From: Lachnospiraceae bacterium
GTDB taxonomy: Bacteria > Bacillota > Clostridia > Lachnospirales > Lachnospiraceae
Length of the DNA stretch: 62,351 nucleotides
Reading direction: 5' to 3'
Assembly (NCBI GenBank): GCA_022773965.1
Contig: JALFNQ010000198.1
Coordinates: 1-62,351 of the forward strand
The notes under the pieces are model-generated. The model ran no database searches and had not been told where the DNA came from. It worked only from the letters and a program-made list of their open reading frames with translations. This document shows, piece by piece, positions 49,381-58,712 of this stretch (position 1 is the first letter of the stretch; the number at the start of each line of letters is the position of its first letter). The position numbers and the translations under genes were made by a program.

Positions 49381-49992
49381 ATGAATGATGTCACGGTTGT
49401 GTCTATCGGGCAGCTTTCAGGAGGAAAGAGAAGGCTGCAGCTGGACAATGGAGAAATATGGGTCTTATATAGAGGCGAACTGCGTGAATGTGCTCTTTCG
49501 GAGGGAACAAGGTTGTCATTGGCGCAGTATGAGCAGATCAGGCATGAGATCATTGGTAAACGTGCCAAAAAGCGGGCGATGCATTTGCTGGAAAAGATGG
49601 ACCGGACGGAGCAGGCTCTTCGAAAAAAGCTTTTAGAGGGAGAATATCCTGAGGATCTTGTGGAGGAAGCGATTGCCTATGTGAAGAGCTTTCATTATCT
49701 GGACGATGAGCGCTACGCAGACTGTTATGTGCGACTGCATGGTGAATCAAAGAGTCGGGGAAAGCTGTTGATGGAATTGCAGCAGAAGGGTGTGGATCGT
49801 GAGCTGGCAGACAGGGTTTTAGAACAGTATGAGGAAGCGCGGGACGAAACCCAGATGATCCGTCTGCTTTTGCAGAAGCGCCACTATGATCCCAAAACCG
49901 CAACTGTACAGGAGCAGCGCCGGATGTATGGATATTTAGTGCGTAGAGGATTTCAGAGTACAGATATCTGTCGTTTATTGTTTGAATCGTGA
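49381..49992 (+). CDS. recX: Regulatory protein RecX
   Basis: Directly after recA; DRTE..LR.KL, YLDD.RYA, L.QKGV, YL.RRGF. Confidence 0.92.
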   Translation: MNDVTVVSIGQLSGGKRRLQLDNGEIWVLYRGELRECALSEGTRLSLAQYEQIRHEIIGKRAKKRAMHLLEKMDRTEQALRKKLLEGEYPEDLVEEAIAYVKSFHYLDDERYADCYVRLHGESKSRGKLLMELQQKGVDRELADRVLEQYEEARDETQMIRLLLQKRHYDPKTATVQEQRRMYGYLVRRGFQSTDICRLLFES

Positions 49993-50015
49993 AATGGTAA
50001 ATACATATTATTTGC

Positions 50016-50044
50016 TTGACAACATGCACAATAAAGGATAAAAT
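50016..50044 (+). promoter_or_regulatory. Sigma-A promoter of rny
   Basis: TTGACA-17 nt-TAAAAT. Confidence 0.7.
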
Positions 50045-50124
50045 TTATATGTTGTAGTTATGACAGATGTACGATTTTTAATGTTATATGTACAATGAAA
50101 ATCAAATAAGGAGGTGCTCCTGTT

Positions 50125-51681
50125 ATGGTAAGTATTGCAATACTGATAGTTGCCATCTTAGTCACCTTAGCTGTCACTGCAGTAGCGACAGTTGTCATCC
50201 TGAATCAGATCCAGCAGAAGCAGGCTGATTCCAAGATTAGCTCCGCTGAGGAAAAGGCGAGAGCGATCATTGATGACGCTGTAAAGACTGCAGAAGCAAA
50301 GAAACGCGAATCTCTTCTGGAGGTCAAGGAGGAGTCTATCAAGACGAAGAACGAATTAGACCGTGAGATTAAGGAACGCAGATCAGAGATTCAGCGTGCG
50401 GAACGCCGTGTCGAGCAGAAGGAGTCCAATCTGGACAAGAAACTGGAAGCAATCGAGAGGCGTGAGGCGAGCTTTGCAGCTAAGGAAGAAGAGATTAAGA
50501 AGCAGAAAGCAGAAGTCGCAAAGCTGAATGAACAGCGAGTACAGGAACTGGAAAGGATTTCAGGGCTGACCTCCGAACAAGCAAAAGAATTTTTATTAAA
50601 AACCGTTGAAGATGATGTAAAACTTGACACTGCAAAAATGATCAAGGAGATGGAAACCCGCGCGAAAGAAGAAGCTGCTAAGAAAGCGAAGGACTATGTG
50701 GTTACTGCAATTCAGAAATGTGCAGCAGATCATGTGTCTGAGACAACCATTTCTGTGGTTCCTCTCCCGAATGATGAGATGAAGGGAAGGATCATTGGCC
50801 GTGAGGGTAGAAATATCCGTACTCTGGAGACTTTGACAGGTGTAGACCTGATCATTGATGATACTCCGGAAGCTGTCATTCTCTCTGGATTTGATCCTAT
50901 CCGCCGTGAGGTGGCACGAATCGCTTTGGAGAAGCTGATTGTGGATGGACGTATTCATCCGGCCAGAATCGAGGAGATGGTAGAAAAGGCTCAGAAGGAA
51001 GTCGATACGATGATTCGCGAAGAAGGCGAGGCTGCAACCTTAGAGGTTGGCATTCATGGTATCCATCCGGAGTTGGTGCGTCTCTTAGGACGTATGAAGT
51101 TCAGAACCAGTTATGGGCAGAATGCATTAAAGCATTCTATCGAGGTTGCGCAGATCGCAGGCCTTCTGGCAGGAGAGATTGGTGTAGATGTAAGAACTGC
51201 CAAGCGCGCCGGATTGTTACATGATATTGGTAAATCTGTGGATCACGATATGGAAGGGTCACATATTCAGATTGGTGTTGACTTGTGCCGCAAGTACAAG
51301 GAATCACCGCTTATCATCAATGCAGTAGAGGCGCATCATGGTGATGTAGAGCCTCAGTCTCTGATTGCATGTCTGGTACAGGCTGCTGATACGATCAGCG
51401 CCGCTCGTCCGGGTGCAAGACGTGAGACATTGGAAACATATTCTAACCGCTTACAGCAGTTAGAGGATATTACAAACGGTTTTAAGGGAGTTGACAAATC
51501 TTTTGCTGTTCAGGCAGGACGGGAAGTTCGAGTAATGGTAGTTCCTGAACAAATCAGTGATGCTGATATGGTCATTCTGGCCAGAGATATTTCTAAGCAG
51601 ATTGAGTCTGAGCTGGAATATCCGGGACAGATCAAGGTCAATGTCATTCGTGAGTCACGTGTGACGGACTATGCAAAATAG
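50125..51681 (+). CDS. rny: Ribonuclease Y
   Basis: N-terminal TM, coiled coil, KH motif [15 protein letters not shown] motif LLHDIGK. Confidence 0.97.
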   Translation: MVSIAILIVAILVTLAVTAVATVVILNQIQQKQADSKISSAEEKARAIIDDAVKTAEAKKRESLLEVKEESIKTKNELDREIKERRSEIQRAERRVEQKESNLDKKLEAIERREASFAAKEEEIKKQKAEVAKLNEQRVQELERISGLTSEQAKEFLLKTVEDDVKLDTAKMIKEMETRAKEEAAKKAKDYVVTAIQKCAADHVSETTISVVPLPNDEMKGRIIGREGRNIRTLETLTGVDLIIDDTPEAVILSGFDPIRREVARIALEKLIVDGRIHPARIEEMVEKAQKEVDTMIREEGEAATLEVGIHGIHPELVRLLGRMKFRTSYGQNALKHSIEVAQIAGLLAGEIGVDVRTAKRAGLLHDIGKSVDHDMEGSHIQIGVDLCRKYKESPLIINAVEAHHGDVEPQSLIACLVQAADTISAARPGARRETLETYSNRLQQLEDITNGFKGVDKSFAVQAGREVRVMVVPEQISDADMVILARDISKQIESELEYPGQIKVNVIRESRVTDYAK

Positions 51682-51712
51682 ACCAGAGACGATAAAAAAA
51701 GACTGATTCTAC

Positions 51713-51747
51713 AAGGCGTTAAGATTTTTGATCTTAACGCCTTTTTT
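51713..51747 (+). terminator. Intrinsic terminator after rny
   Basis: AAGGCGTTAAGAT...ATCTTAACGCCTT plus T tract. Confidence 0.85.
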
Positions 51748-51795
51748 AAAACAACAGATCACTGAATGAAGCAGTAGTGAAAGGAGTACGATAGT

Positions 51796-52341
51796 ATGGA
51801 AAACCAGATTAAAAGAGTAAATCGAACATTAAAATATCAGGGAGCGATCGTTGACTTTTACAGTGATACGATGCAGATGCCAGACGGGAGACTGGCAGAA
51901 TGGGATCTGATCCATCACCGTAAGGGTGCGGCGGCAGTCGTTCCGGTGCTTCCGGATGGGAAAATTTTGATGGTGCGGCAGTTCCGCAATGCATTGGACC
52001 GTATGACTATCGAGATACCGGCGGGAGCCAGAGACTCGACAGAGGAGAAAACAGTGGTCTGTGCAGCCAGAGAACTGGAAGAAGAGACCGGATACCATAG
52101 TGATCATCTGGATTATCTGATGTCTCTGCGTACAACGGTGGCGTACTGTGATGAGTTTATTGACGTATATGTGGCACGAGATCTGATTCATACAAAACAG
52201 CATCTGGATCCGGATGAGTTTGTAGAATTGGAGGCTTTTGAGCTGGATCAGCTCTGCGAGATGATCTATGCAGGTACGATTCAGGATGCCAAGACAGTCG
52301 CAGCATTGATGGCATATAAAAATAAGTATTGCATAAAATAA
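51796..52341 (+). CDS. nudF: NUDIX hydrolase, ADP-ribose pyrophosphatase-like
   Basis: EIPAG...AARELEEETG Nudix box; I.DAKT; context upstream of spoIIM-xerD. Confidence 0.85.
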   Translation: MENQIKRVNRTLKYQGAIVDFYSDTMQMPDGRLAEWDLIHHRKGAAAVVPVLPDGKILMVRQFRNALDRMTIEIPAGARDSTEEKTVVCAARELEEETGYHSDHLDYLMSLRTTVAYCDEFIDVYVARDLIHTKQHLDPDEFVELEAFELDQLCEMIYAGTIQDAKTVAALMAYKNKYCIK

Positions 52342-52371
52342 TCGTAAAGAAAAAGACGTAGCGGGGTAACT

Positions 52372-52923
52372 ATGCGTGTGCGTAAGCTTCCCTTCAGACA
52401 GCAATTGTTTATAGACTTTCTGTCGTGTTTTCTGGTTGGAATCATTCTGGCAAATTTCATGGGTGCAGACAGCTTTCAGAAAAATGGCAGTCTCACCCGT
52501 TATTATTTAAAGCAATTTCAATATGCAGATATTCAGTTACAGGAATTATTGTGGCATGTGGGATGTGAAAGACTTACATTATTTTTTATATTACTCATAC
52601 CCATGATGATTCCGAAGGGAAGAATTATGCATGGATTGTTTGTGGCGTGGAGCGGATTTGCCTATGGTTATTTTTGTGTGATGTCAATCAGTGCATTTGG
52701 TATGAAAGGATTACTTTTATGTCTGCTGGCACTGTTTCCGCAATTTTGCGTGTACGTTCCGGTATATCTTGGTCTGGTGGAATTGTCTGTGCATCGAAGA
52801 ACATATAGTGGCTGGCGGGGGATTACCGCAGTCTTCATTTTTTTAATTATTCTGATCGTTGGAATATTACTTGAATCTTACATAAATCCATTGATTTTAC
52901 AAAAAATGTTAAAAATCTTTTAA
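52372..52923 (+). CDS. spoIIM: Stage II sporulation protein M-like membrane protein
   Basis: Multi-TM; LFPQ...Y.P, LESYINP; lies between nudF and xerD. Confidence 0.8.
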   Translation: MRVRKLPFRQQLFIDFLSCFLVGIILANFMGADSFQKNGSLTRYYLKQFQYADIQLQELLWHVGCERLTLFFILLIPMMIPKGRIMHGLFVAWSGFAYGYFCVMSISAFGMKGLLLCLLALFPQFCVYVPVYLGLVELSVHRRTYSGWRGITAVFIFLIILIVGILLESYINPLILQKMLKIF

Positions 52924-53042
52924 AAATATTACATTTCATTTGCAATATCTGTAATATTTTGGTATAGTAAAAACATATTTGCGCCTTGACGATGGCTTTT
53001 TTTTGCTGGTCATACAAGGCGGATACAGGGGTAGGTTTTTAC

Positions 53043-53927
53043 ATGGAAAGAGAAATTAATGCATTTATCAGCTACATGCATGAACAACGTCAGACTTCGG
53101 GCAATACAGAAGCGGCATATGCCAGAGATTTGCGCAAGCTGATGGAGTATGTGCAGCAGCAGGGAGTAGAGAGCTTTACGCAGGTGACAGCGGATCATTT
53201 ACATGCTTATGTGATGGAATTGGAAGGACAGGGACGAAAGGCGGCGACGATCTCACGTTTTATTGCCAGTGCAAAGGCATTTTTTACATGGCAGATTTCA
53301 CAGGGAGTACGGACAGACCATCCGGCAAAAGAATTGAAAGCGCCCAAAATTGAAAAAAAGCCGCCGGAGATTTTGACAGAGGAGGAGATCATGCGCCTGC
53401 TGGATCAGCCGTCATCTCTTGCGCCAAAGGAACTTAGGGATAAGGCGATGATGGAGCTGTTATATGCTACCGGTATCCGCGTATCGGAACTGATCTCTCT
53501 GGAGCTGGATGATGTGAACCTTCAACTGGAATATGTGACTTGTAGGGATGGTCACAAGGAACGGACAGTTCCCTTTGGAGCGACTGCAAAGTGTGCCCTG
53601 GAACTCTATTTGGAAAAGAGCAGATCAAAGCTTGTGGGGAATGCAGAGTGCAGACTGTTGTTTACGAACTGCTCCGGTGAGCCCATGAGCAGACAGGGTT
53701 TTTGGAAGATCGTCAAGTATTATGGAAAACAGGCAGGCCTTTCGGGAGAGATCACACCGCACACGCTGCGGCATTCCTTTGCAGCCCATTTGCTGGGCAA
53801 CGGTGCAGATCTGAAGTCGGTTCAGGAGTTGATGGGGCATTCGGATATATCAACGACACAGGTGTATATGCAGTTATCGGATCGCAAGATCAGGGAAGTA
53901 TATAAAAAAGCGCATCCGAGAGTATAG
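53043..53927 (+). CDS. xerD: Tyrosine recombinase XerD (RipX-like)
   Basis: RDKAM.ELLYATG.RVSEL, TPHTLRHSFA.HLL.NGADL..VQE..GH.DISTTQ.Y. Confidence 0.92.
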   Translation: MEREINAFISYMHEQRQTSGNTEAAYARDLRKLMEYVQQQGVESFTQVTADHLHAYVMELEGQGRKAATISRFIASAKAFFTWQISQGVRTDHPAKELKAPKIEKKPPEILTEEEIMRLLDQPSSLAPKELRDKAMMELLYATGIRVSELISLELDDVNLQLEYVTCRDGHKERTVPFGATAKCALELYLEKSRSKLVGNAECRLLFTNCSGEPMSRQGFWKIVKYYGKQAGLSGEITPHTLRHSFAAHLLGNGADLKSVQELMGHSDISTTQVYMQLSDRKIREVYKKAHPRV

Positions 53928-54047
53928 ACAAAGCCTGATTTTCAGTTATAATAAAGTAGCAGCGATGTGAATTCGGGTTATTTTGAAGGGTGTTTCAGTG
54001 AGATGGTCCGAAGCGTGCTACAAACTAAACAGAAAGAGAGAATACTT

Positions 54048-54917
54048 ATGGAAAGCAGAGTAACAGGACATACAGGTCTGATGGCACTCATTGGATCTCC
54101 GGTGGGACATTCGGGATCCCCTGCAATGTATAATTACAGCTTTGAAAAGCTGGGACTGGATTACGTGTATGTTGCATTGGATGTAAAGGAGCATGAAGTA
54201 AAGGATGCCATTGCAGCGATGCGTTTGTTCAATATGAAGGGCGGTAATGTAACGATGCCCGATAAGACGGAGGCGGCAAAATATATGGATGAGCTTTCTC
54301 CGGCAGCGCAGATCATCGGTGCCATCAATACGATCGTCAACGAGAATGGGAAACTGATCGGTCATATCACGGATGGTGAAGGATTTGTAAACAATCTGAA
54401 GGATCATGGCATTGAGATCAAGGGCAAGAAGATCGCTGTTGCAGGTGGTGGCGGCGCTGCGACTGCGATTCAGGTGCAGTGTGCGCTGGATGGAGCGAAA
54501 GAGATCACTATTTTTAATAAAAAGGATGCATTTTTTGAACGCACACTTCAGACCGCAGAGAAGATTCGTAACGCGGTTCCGGGTATTGTCGTAAATGTCT
54601 ATGATATTGATGATACCGCAAAAATGACGGAGGAGATTGCAACCAGTGATATTTTTGCGAATGCAACGATCGTTGGTATGAAGCCGATGGATGATCAGAG
54701 TGTCATCAAGGATCTGTCCGCGCTTCGTCCGGGATTAGTAGTTGCGGATGCAGTGTACAATCCGGAGGAGACATTGATGCTGCGGCAGGCAAAGGAAGCA
54801 GGCTGTGTATGTGTACCGGGCAAGGGTATGCTGTTATGGCAGGGAGTGGCGGCATTCAAGCTGTTTACCGGTGAGGACATGCCTGTACAGGAAGTGAAAG
54901 AGAAATTTTATAGCTGA
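54048..54917 (+). CDS. aroE: Shikimate/quinate dehydrogenase (YdiB-like)
   Basis: G.PV.HS.SP.M.N, NVTMP.K, GA.NT, TDG.G, D.VY.P.ET, G.GMLL.QG. Confidence 0.9.
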   Translation: MESRVTGHTGLMALIGSPVGHSGSPAMYNYSFEKLGLDYVYVALDVKEHEVKDAIAAMRLFNMKGGNVTMPDKTEAAKYMDELSPAAQIIGAINTIVNENGKLIGHITDGEGFVNNLKDHGIEIKGKKIAVAGGGGAATAIQVQCALDGAKEITIFNKKDAFFERTLQTAEKIRNAVPGIVVNVYDIDDTAKMTEEIATSDIFANATIVGMKPMDDQSVIKDLSALRPGLVVADAVYNPEETLMLRQAKEAGCVCVPGKGMLLWQGVAAFKLFTGEDMPVQEVKEKFYS

Positions 54918-54932
54918 TCAAATAATATATAC

Positions 54933-54964
54933 AAAAAGAGAAGTGGTCACTCACTTCTCTTTTT
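54933..54964. terminator. Bidirectional terminator
   Basis: AAAAAGAGAAGTG...CACTTCTCTTTTT between convergent genes. Confidence 0.85.
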
Positions 54965-54974
54965 ACGTTGTTAG

Positions 54975-55751
54975 TTATTGTTTTTTTGCGTGACTGATGA
55001 TTTCTTCACAGATTTCAAACTCGGATTTGCCGTCTGTCTGAATGATAATGTCAGCGGCAGCCTCGTATTTACTTCTGCGCTTTTCCATCAGTTCAGAGAT
55101 AAAGTCGACGTTTTTATTGTTCTCAAGCAGGGGACGGTCATGGTTGTTCCTGACGCGCTCTAAAATGGTTTCAGGGGCTGCGGTCAACAGAATAACCTTG
55201 CCGTTTTTCTTCATTTCCACTACATTTTCATCGCGCATGGGAACACCGCCGCCGCAGGAGATCACAACACCCTTGCGGTTTTGCATCTCACGCAAAAGCT
55301 CTGTTTCCAGATTGCGGAAATATTCTTCCCCATGAACTTCGAATATTTCAGAAATACTCATGCCTTCCCGGTCTGCGATCACCTGATCCATCTCAATGAC
55401 ATCCATGGCAAAAACCTTACTCAGTGCACGGGAAATCGTGGACTTGCCAGAACCCATAAAGCCGATCAGCACAATGTTGTAGTCAAAGATCTGCTGGGAT
55501 TGTATTTTTTTACTGTTTAATATGATGGAATCAAAGACATCCATGACATTGTCTGTGTGACGATGATCGGTCATACGGCTCAGCAAAAGCCTGCGCTTTT
55601 TCTCCTCTTCTTCGGGTTGAACGATCGGAAGATCCTTTTTTCTCTTGTAGGCAGTGATATCTTCGATCATACGATAGCGCATGGTCAGTGCATCGAGAAT
55701 GATCTCGTCACACATTTCCAGATTTTCACGTAAGTAGTCTAATTTGTTCAT
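54975..55751 (-). CDS. aroK: AroQ-type chorismate mutase-like domain fused to shikimate kinase
   Basis: Residues 1-90 helical LR.....D..I...L..R; then LIGFMGSGKST, GE.YFR..E, SCGGG, RPLL. Confidence 0.88.
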   Translation of the reverse strand: MNKLDYLRENLEMCDEIILDALTMRYRMIEDITAYKRKKDLPIVQPEEEEKKRRLLLSRMTDHRHTDNVMDVFDSIILNSKKIQSQQIFDYNIVLIGFMGSGKSTISRALSKVFAMDVIEMDQVIADREGMSISEIFEVHGEEYFRNLETELLREMQNRKGVVISCGGGVPMRDENVVEMKKNGKVILLTAAPETILERVRNNHDRPLLENNKNVDFISELMEKRRSKYEAAADIIIQTDGKSEFEICEEIISHAKKQ

Positions 55752-55962
55752 AATAAAAAAACCTCTTGTTCTTGAAAGTATAAGTAGATGAATGCAAATC
55801 CTTTATCGCATTACATTGCTAAATTATACTAGATAATATGCTTCAAGACAAGAGGTTTTCTTACATTCTTTTGGTCTGTTTATATGGCAGAGATATGAAA
55901 AAATGATTGCGCTTGCGCAGGAAGATAAGTAAACTAAATACATGCATATTTAAAAAGAAAGA

Positions 55963-56000
55963 GTAACGGTTCAGAAACGGTGAAGGTACTGAACCGTTAC
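55963..56000 (+). repeat. Minimal 38-bp type E repeat just upstream of the aroD RBS
   Basis: GTAACGGTTCAG...GAAGGTA-CTGAACCGTTAC, perfect 12-bp inverted repeat. Confidence 0.8.
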
Positions 56001-56012
56001 CGGAAAGGATGA

Positions 56013-56780
56013 ATGAATATGACTCCAGTAAAAGTAAGAAATATCGTGATCGGAGAGGGGATGCCCAAGATCTGTGTGCCGATCGTTGGTGTGACAAAGG
56101 AAGACATCATTGCAGAGGCAAAGACATTTGATGCGATCCCTGTAGATGTCGTTGAGTGGAGAGTGGACTGGTTTGAGCATGTATTTGACACACAGGCTGT
56201 GCTTGATGTGTTGAAGGAGCTGCGGAAGGCTCTGGGAGAGACCGCACTGCTCATGACCTTTCGTACTTCTAAGGAAGGCGGAGAAAAGTCGATAGAAGCA
56301 GATAGTTATGCAGCATTAAATATTGCTGCTGCACAGTCCGGCTATGTGGATCTGATCGATGTGGAGGTATTTACCGGAGATGAGATCGTCAGTCACATCA
56401 TCACAGAGGCGCATGCCGCAGGCGTAAAGGTGGTGGCTTCCAACCACGATTTTGACAAGACACCGGATAAGGATGATATTGTCGGCCGCCTGAGAAAAAT
56501 GCAGGATCTGGATGCGGATATCCCCAAGATCGCTGTGATGCCCCAGAACAAAAAGGATGTATTGACACTTCTTGCAGCAACGGAAGAGATGTACAGTGAG
56601 TATGCGGATCGTCCGATCATTACGATGTCCATGGCAGGTACCGGAGTGATCAGCAGACTGTGTGGGGAAGTATTTGGCTCTGCACTGACATTTGGAGCGG
56701 CAAAGAAGGCTTCAGCACCCGGACAGATGGGTGTGAATGACCTTCATACGGTATTAAATCTGCTTCACAACGCATTATAA
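56013..56780 (+). CDS. aroD: Type I 3-dehydroquinate dehydratase
   Basis: PKICVPI, EWR.D, TFRT..EGG, S.HDF..TP, KIAVMP, SAPGQ; start may be 56019. Confidence 0.95.
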   Translation: MNMTPVKVRNIVIGEGMPKICVPIVGVTKEDIIAEAKTFDAIPVDVVEWRVDWFEHVFDTQAVLDVLKELRKALGETALLMTFRTSKEGGEKSIEADSYAALNIAAAQSGYVDLIDVEVFTGDEIVSHIITEAHAAGVKVVASNHDFDKTPDKDDIVGRLRKMQDLDADIPKIAVMPQNKKDVLTLLAATEEMYSEYADRPIITMSMAGTGVISRLCGEVFGSALTFGAAKKASAPGQMGVNDLHTVLNLLHNAL

Positions 56781-56831
56781 AGGAAAACAATTCAGAGCCG
56801 GTGATCCCTAGCTCTGAATTGTTATGATACC

Positions 56832-57860
56832 CTAATTTCGTTCTGCAATATCGTAGATCAGCTGCTCGGATGCTTCCCAGCCAAGACACGGGTCAGTGAT
56901 GGATTTGCCGTAGACATGCTCGCCGATCTTCTGGCAGCCGGGCTCTAAATAGCTCTCGACCATGACACCTTTGACCATCTTTCGGATCTCCGGAGAAATC
57001 TGGCGGTTGTGCATGACTTCCTTGACAATTCGAACCTGTTGCTCATATTTTTTCCCGGAATTGGAGTGGTTCGCATCGATGATCGCTGCCGGGTTGACCA
57101 GATCCATCTTGTCATACATTTCAATGAGGCGCATGATATCTTCATAGTGATAATTCTGAACGGTATTGCCGTGCTTGCTGACTGCACCGCGAAGTACCAC
57201 GTGTGTCAGCGGGTTACCGGTGGTTTCCACCTCGTAGCCCCGGAAGGTAAAATGGTGCGCATGCTGTGCGGCATAGACAGAGTTTAACATGACGGAAAAG
57301 TCACCGCTGGTAGGGTTTTTCATGCCGGAAGCCACATCAAAGCCGCTGACCGTCAGGCGGTGCTGCTGATCCTCCACGGAACGTGCACCGATCGCTACAT
57401 AAGAGAGAAGATCTGAGACATATTCCCAGTTTTCCGGATAAAGCATCTCGTCAGCCGGGGTCAGCTCGCTTTCTTCAATGGCGCGCAGATGCATTTTTCG
57501 TACAGAGATCAGACCGGCGATCATGTCGGGCGCCTTCTCAGGGTCGGGCTGTGAGGCGATGCCTTTGTAGCCTTCGCCGGTTGTACGGGGCTTGTTCGTG
57601 TAAATACGAGGAATCAGAAGCAGGCGATCCTTGACCTTTTCCTGCACCTTGGCAAGCCGGTTGACATATTCACACACCGGATCTTCGCTGTCTGCTGAGC
57701 AGGGACCAATAATGACAAGAAAACGGTCATCCTTTCCGGTAATGATGTCACGGATCTGTGCATCCCGTTCTTTTTTGATCGCTGTCAGACGTTCGGACAG
57801 CGGAAATTGTGTTTTTATTTCGCCGGGCGAAGGAAGCTGGCGAAGATAATTGAAACTCAT
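56832..57860 (-). CDS. DAHP synthase (class I alpha)
   Basis: IIGPCS, R.Y..KPRT...YKG, IGAR, KN.TSG, DANH.NS.K, G.SITDPCL.W; ATG 57860 after AAGGAG. Confidence 0.93.
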   Translation of the reverse strand: MSFNYLRQLPSPGEIKTQFPLSERLTAIKKERDAQIRDIITGKDDRFLVIIGPCSADSEDPVCEYVNRLAKVQEKVKDRLLLIPRIYTNKPRTTGEGYKGIASQPDPEKAPDMIAGLISVRKMHLRAIEESELTPADEMLYPENWEYVSDLLSYVAIGARSVEDQQHRLTVSGFDVASGMKNPTSGDFSVMLNSVYAAQHAHHFTFRGYEVETTGNPLTHVVLRGAVSKHGNTVQNYHYEDIMRLIEMYDKMDLVNPAAIIDANHSNSGKKYEQQVRIVKEVMHNRQISPEIRKMVKGVMVESYLEPGCQKIGEHVYGKSITDPCLGWEASEQLIYDIAERN

Positions 57861-57878
57861 GTTGCTGTATCTCCTTTC

Positions 57879-57968
57879 ATAACTGCTTGGTACCTTCACA
57901 GTTCTGATGCAAAAATCCATGAACATCGTCTTGATCAATGGGGAAACTTTTTGCACTACTGAATGATG
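57879..57968 (-). repeat. Type E-related repeat variant in the DAHP synthase leader
   Basis: Minus strand CATTCAG...TGCAAAAA...TTTTTGCA-TCAGAACTGTGAAGGTACCAAGCAGTTA, ending at the RBS. Confidence 0.6.
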
Positions 57969-58092
57969 TTCTTATGTATTTTTCAAATAAATAATAGCCG
58001 AAAACAAAATATCTGTCAATTGCTTGCATGGCTAAATGGAAACGGTTATACTAAGGCTTAGCGATGTTTCAGATATGAGAAAGGGGACAAAG

Positions 58093-58626
58093 ATGTATTA
58101 CGGAGCGTTGAAAAAAACAGATATTGCAAACGGACCGGGGGTGCGTGTCTCGCTGTTCGTGTCCGGCTGTACGCATCACTGTAAGGATTGCTTCAATCCG
58201 GAGACATGGAATTTTGACTATGGAGAGGAATATACCGATCAGGTGACACAGGAGATTTTAGAGGCCCTTGCGCCGGATTATATCCAGGGGATCACAGTGC
58301 TTGGCGGGGAGCCCTTTGAGCCCTCCAACCAGCGGGAGCTGCTGCCGCTTTATCGTGCGATCCGCGAGAACTATCCGAAAAAAACGATCTGGGTGTATTC
58401 CGGTTACACGCTGGATCAGGATCTTTGGCAGGAGAGCCGTGCACGCATTGATATCACAGATGAGATCCTTTCACTGATCGATGTGCTTGTGGATGGGGAA
58501 TTTGTGCTGGAGAAGAAAAATATTTCTTTAAAATTCAGAGGTTCGGAAAACCAGAGGATCATCAAGGTGAAGGAGTCGCTGGCTGCGGGGAAGATCATTT
58601 TGCTGCCGGACGATGAAATTAAGTAG
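58093..58626 (+). CDS. nrdG: Anaerobic ribonucleotide reductase activating protein
   Basis: DIANGPGVRVSLFVSGC.HHC..CFN radical SAM motif, GGEP, FRGS.NQR. Confidence 0.95.
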   Translation: MYYGALKKTDIANGPGVRVSLFVSGCTHHCKDCFNPETWNFDYGEEYTDQVTQEILEALAPDYIQGITVLGGEPFEPSNQRELLPLYRAIRENYPKKTIWVYSGYTLDQDLWQESRARIDITDEILSLIDVLVDGEFVLEKKNISLKFRGSENQRIIKVKESLAAGKIILLPDDEIK

Positions 58627-58712
58627 AAAATGATAGATTTTTTGTTTTAAATGTAGTATATTAGGGATTTGGAAAGAAAAGATTTTTGAGATACATTGAA
58701 GGAGAAAAGAAA

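Noticed and set aside
58000-58022. NrdR box upstream of nrdG
   Set aside because: ACAAAATATCTGT is only a weak match to the consensus
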